17,531 bases of DNA, taken from contig BBVC01000036.1 in the NCBI GenBank assembly GCA_001192655.1, positions 1 through 17,531 on the forward strand. Direction: 5' to 3'. Made by a program: the position numbers and the translations under genes. A model generated the notes under the pieces. It was not told the origin of the DNA, did no database searches, and was given only the letters and a program-made list of their open reading frames with translations. This document shows positions 14,815 to 17,531 of the stretch, piece after piece (position 1 is the first letter of the stretch; each line of letters starts with the position of its first letter). Source of the stretch: Caedimonas varicaedens. GTDB taxonomy: Bacteria; Pseudomonadota; Alphaproteobacteria; Caedimonadales; Caedimonadaceae.

Positions 14815-15609
14815 GTGACTAAAATTATTGCATTTGCAAATCAAAAGGGAGGCGTTGGAAAAACAACAACAACAATTAATATTGCTACAGCGCTTGCAGC
14901 AGTTCATAAAAAAGTTTTACTCATCGATATGGATCCTCAGGGGAATGCGACGACAGGACTGGGACTTTATGGTCGTGATCGCAAAAAAGGGACTTATGAT
15001 CTTCTTCTTTCCAACATCACTCTTGATCAATTGACCATTCAAACCAAAATTCCAGGACTTGATTTAGTAATTGCTTCTCCTGATTTGGCAGGAGCAGAAG
15101 TAGAATTGGTTTCAGTTTTAGGACGTGAATTTCAACTTCAGTATGCCCTTAAAAAAAGTGGTTCCAAATATGATTATATTTTGATGGATTGTCCGCCTTC
15201 TCTGGGATTTTTGACCTTAAATGCTCTTGTTGCGGCTAGTGATGTGATTATTCCTCTTCAATGTGAATTTTATGCTCTTGAGGGATTAGCGCAACTGATC
15301 AATACCATTAAACGAATCCAGTCTCGCTTAAATCCCTCTCTTAACTTGTTTGGCATTGCATTGACAATGTATGATAAAAGAAATGCGCTATGTGACCAGG
15401 TAGCAGAAGATGTAAAGCAGCATTTTAAGGATTATGTTTTTGAGACGATGATTCCCAGAAATGTCAAGATTTCTGAAGCTCCCTCACATGGAACTCCTGT
15501 TCTTATTTATGATGTGATGAGTTCTGGTTCTCTTGCTTACATGCGCTTAACAAAAGAAATACTGAAGAAAAATGGAGGATGGCAAAATGTCTCAGTCGTC
15601 AATAGCTAA
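14815..15609 (+). CDS. parA: Chromosome partitioning ATPase ParA
   Basis: Contains the deviant Walker A KGGVGKTT. The AAGGAAG RBS sits 6 nt before the GTG at 14815. The track TTG at 14809 sits too close to the RBS. Confidence 0.93.
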   Translation: MTKIIAFANQKGGVGKTTTTINIATALAAVHKKVLLIDMDPQGNATTGLGLYGRDRKKGTYDLLLSNITLDQLTIQTKIPGLDLVIASPDLAGAEVELVSVLGREFQLQYALKKSGSKYDYILMDCPPSLGFLTLNALVAASDVIIPLQCEFYALEGLAQLINTIKRIQSRLNPSLNLFGIALTMYDKRNALCDQVAEDVKQHFKDYVFETMIPRNVKISEAPSHGTPVLIYDVMSSGSLAYMRLTKEILKKNGGWQNVSVVNS

Positions 15610-16480
15610 TAAACCATTAGGAAGAGGCTTATCTGCTCTTTTAGGTTCAGATTCTCTTATAAAAACAGAAGAAAAAAACCAATCTATCCAAACGCTCCCT
15701 ATTCATGAGCTTGCTGCCGGACGTTATCAACCCAGAGAGTCCTTTGATCAAGAGCCTCTTGATTCATTAATAGCGTCGGTACGTGAAAAAGGTGTTATTC
15801 AACCTATTTTGGTAAGACCCGTTTATCAGGGTTTAGCGAATTATGAAATTGTCGCGGGGGAACGTCGTTGGCGGGCAGCTCAGGAGGCAGGTTTTACTGA
15901 AATCCCTGCCATTGTGCGTGATATGACTGATTTGGAAGCTCTGGAAACAGGATTAATTGAAAATATTCAGCGTCATGATTTAAATCCTCTGGAAGAATCA
16001 CAAGGATTTAAACGTCTTATGGATGAATTTCAGTATACGCAAGATGATTTAGCGCGTTCTTTAGGAAAAAGTCGCAGCTATATTGCCAATTCTGTCAGAC
16101 TTCTTAGTTTGCATGATGAAGTTAAAAAAGCATTGAAAGAAGGAAGAATTACAGCAGGTCATGCACGGGCTCTTATAAATTCTGAATTTTCTCAAGAGCT
16201 TCTTCAAAAGATCATCCGAAATTCCTTAAATGTACGTCAAACTGAAAAACTGGTTCAGCGGACACACGCAAGACCTTCTCCACGAGTATCAATCTCTCCA
16301 TTCTCTGCACAGGATCATGATGAAGATAGTCAACAGCTGATTGAGAAATTAAGGGATAAGCTTCAACTTAAGATTGACCTTGATTTAAAAGATAATGGTT
16401 CTGGAGTGCTTAATATCCATTTCAATTCTTTTGAGGAATTAGACAATTTACTTTCAAAAATCATGTCTCAAGTTTCTTGA
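15587..16480 (+). CDS. parB: Chromosome partitioning protein ParB (parS-binding, CTPase fold)
   Basis: Contains GRGLSALLG, the ParB box IVAGERRWRAA, and an HTH region. The ATG at 15587 is preceded by GGAGGA. The alternative ATG at 15572 is possible. Confidence 0.93.
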   Translation: MSQSSIANKPLGRGLSALLGSDSLIKTEEKNQSIQTLPIHELAAGRYQPRESFDQEPLDSLIASVREKGVIQPILVRPVYQGLANYEIVAGERRWRAAQEAGFTEIPAIVRDMTDLEALETGLIENIQRHDLNPLEESQGFKRLMDEFQYTQDDLARSLGKSRSYIANSVRLLSLHDEVKKALKEGRITAGHARALINSEFSQELLQKIIRNSLNVRQTEKLVQRTHARPSPRVSISPFSAQDHDEDSQQLIEKLRDKLQLKIDLDLKDNGSGVLNIHFNSFEELDNLLSKIMSQVS

Positions 16481-16547
16481 AGTGTATTAACCTAGAAAAA
16501 TTGAGTTCGGAAGAGTGTGCAAGAAGTACGGGATAGAAATATTCTTA

Positions 16548-17362
16548 GGTATAGTGGTGAGCTTGTTTTTGACCATATTAGCTGCCTCAATCCACCACTG
16601 CCACGCCATGACGACTTTGAGAGATATGAAGGGAGATTTCTTTTAAATGCTGTTCTAAACTATAGTGATTGGCTGGGGCAAAACAAGAGTGGTGCATTCT
16701 CTCTAGGAAGGACACACAGCACCAAAATATATGAGGCGAGAAAAATTGCTGCTGTTTCGCCACACGAGGTCAGGTTCCCTTGCGCGGCCATATCCTTACC
16801 TCCCCTTGTTGTCCAACACGAGTTTCATCTTGAAACCAGACGTTCACGTTTTGAAGGTGAACCCCTTCGGGGAGGACGTCCTGCACAAGACTTACATACA
16901 AAAATTGAAACACGACCTCGTGTGGTTCGATCGCAACAATTCATGTATCACATACATTTATGGGAACATGTTCCCCCGACCACAATAAAGCTACAGTACT
17001 TACTTTATGCCAATATCCCCGCCATACAAGAATTTCTGGAAGAAATTTCCAAGAAATGTTGATTGAGGTAAACATGTTTTGGTTATGATGGATCGGGCGC
17101 CATGGTACACAACCGGTAAACTCCAAATACCTTTCCAACATCAGGTGTTATGGCTTCTCCCTTATGCTCCCTGCACTCAATCCTCAAGAAAGTGTTGGCG
17201 TGTTTTGAAAAATCGACATTTACACAATCGGGTCTTCAATTCAATGGACGATATTACTAAAGCTGTCTGTAATTCTTGAAACAATTTCATAAAAACTCAT
17301 GAACTTATAAATCTCTTTGCTCCAGAAAGTGGGCTAATTTATGATACTTACTTAATAAATTT
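16548..17362 (+). pseudogene. Decayed IS630-family (DDE_3) transposase relic, multiply frameshifted
   Basis: Transposase-like segments are spread over three + frames. They include TSFILKPDV and CITYIYGNMFP (16731 frame), LLYANIPAIQEFLEEISK (16517 frame), and VMMDRAPWYTTGKLQIP ... LPYAP ... WRVLKNRHLHNRVFNSMDDITKAVC (17079 frame). LNPQE is readable only in a shifted frame. The element is about 0.8 kb, shorter than an intact IS630. Boundaries are approximate. Confidence 0.75.
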
Positions 17363-17531
17363 GGTATAGCATACCCAAGAACTTTAAAAGATGAAGTCAT
17401 TGACTGCTCGGATGCAGTTCCGTTTCTTACCTTTTGGCAAGGGTAACCCTTTGTCTAACTATATATTTAAAAGAAATGTCAGAATTTTTCCACTGAAACA
17501 GTGATTTATTTCTACTCTGTTAGCGCCGGAG
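17363..17531 (+). mobile_element. Possible 5' end of a further IS630-family copy (degenerate N-terminal HTH region), runs off the right edge
   Basis: GGTATAGC at 17363-17370 is the exact reverse complement of GCTATACC at 171-178, the end of the left IS. Immediately downstream, YPRTLKDEVID resembles the conserved YSxDLRxKVID N-terminus of IS630 transposases. Stops and frame changes interrupt it, and there is no ATG (ATA at 17371). Confidence 0.4.

Noticed and set aside
494-15034. About 25 short track ORFs (60-107 aa) lie inside or antisense to well-supported genes. Examples: 494..760-, 570..893+, 833..1018-, 1898..2155-, 2271..2555-, 2683..2967-, 3690..3881+, 4809..5063-, 4841..5047+, 5263..5577+, 5746..5985+, 6246..6524-, 6412..6645-, 6640..6963+, 7214..7429-, 7464..7715-, 8085..8273-, 10482..11039 (several), 12109..12294-, 14828..15034+.
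   Set aside because: Each overlaps a longer ORF that has clear family motifs. They have odd composition (Cys/Arg/Phe-rich, no motifs) and no RBS, so they are typical shadow ORFs.
149-15586. Longer track start codons: 149 (ACAD), 1695 (SDR), 6330 (pgk), 10316 (hemE), 14179 (rsmG), 14809 (parA), 15572 (parB).
   Set aside because: In each case a downstream start fits better. It has a better RBS spacing, matches the conserved family N-terminus, or avoids deep overlap with the upstream gene. The longer forms cannot be formally excluded.
16517-17062. 181-aa + strand ORF downstream of parB, considered as a possible novel protein.
   Set aside because: Its C-terminal part (LLYANIPAIQEFLEEISK) and the neighbouring frames carry IS630 transposase motifs interrupted by frameshifts. 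The long ORF is a by-product of a decayed transposase, not a new gene.
1-17531. The whole window as a composite transposon or genomic island bounded by IS630 copies.
   Set aside because: The cargo is essential core DNA: oriC, parABS, rho, pgk and haem genes. The right-hand copies are decayed and belong to a different IS630 subgroup from the left copy. The bracketing is more plausibly IS accumulation than a mobile unit.
17440-17531. Small palindromes (TTACC-N10-GGTAA near 17437-17456; CACTGAAACAGTG near 17491-17503) and the terminal GCGCCGGAG, considered as a possible tRNA or IS end.
   Set aside because: The stems are only 5 bp and no cloverleaf can be built from the available sequence. The region is better explained as a degenerate IS630 N-terminal coding region running off the window.
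1-17531. CRISPR arrays, rRNA/tRNA genes, riboswitch-like leaders, and toxin-antitoxin or defence cassettes.
   Set aside because: I saw no regularly spaced direct repeats, no cloverleaf or rRNA-like segments, and no small paired ORFs or defence-type domains. Intergenic gaps other than 9831-10315 and 6085-6344 are under 100 bp.

Overview
AT-rich alphaproteobacterial core-chromosome window that appears to span the chromosomal replication origin and the partition locus.

Left to right:
- 3' end of an IS630-family element (1-178) that has removed the 5' half of an acyl-CoA dehydrogenase gene
- thioesterase, an HSDL2-like SDR, and an orphan lipoprotein
- a tightly packed minus-strand operon: zinc-ribbon/DUF3426 protein, gmhA, hldE (ADP-heptose for LPS core)
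- pgk, then ctaA (heme A synthase), convergent with pgk and overlapping it by 130 nt
- glsA
- a 485-bp AT-rich non-coding gap (9831-10315) with a DnaA-box cluster, the candidate oriC, directly upstream of hemE
- hemE-hemH-hemJ, rho, rsmG (with a perfect 16-bp parS inside it), parA, parB
- at least two decayed IS630-family transposase relics running to the right edge

No rRNA, tRNA or CRISPR array was seen. I found no convincing novel multi-gene system, meaning no defence, toxin or secretion-like cassette. The most valuable signals not explained by the ORF track are the oriC architecture, parS, the loss of mnmE/mnmG from the rho-rsmG junction, and IS-driven erosion at both flanks. The only real unknowns are a 191-aa lipoprotein and an ambiguous Ser/Thr-rich small ORF beside the origin. 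Lineage guess (inference only): an IS-rich, reduced-genome intracellular alphaproteobacterium, Holosporales/Rickettsiales-like.
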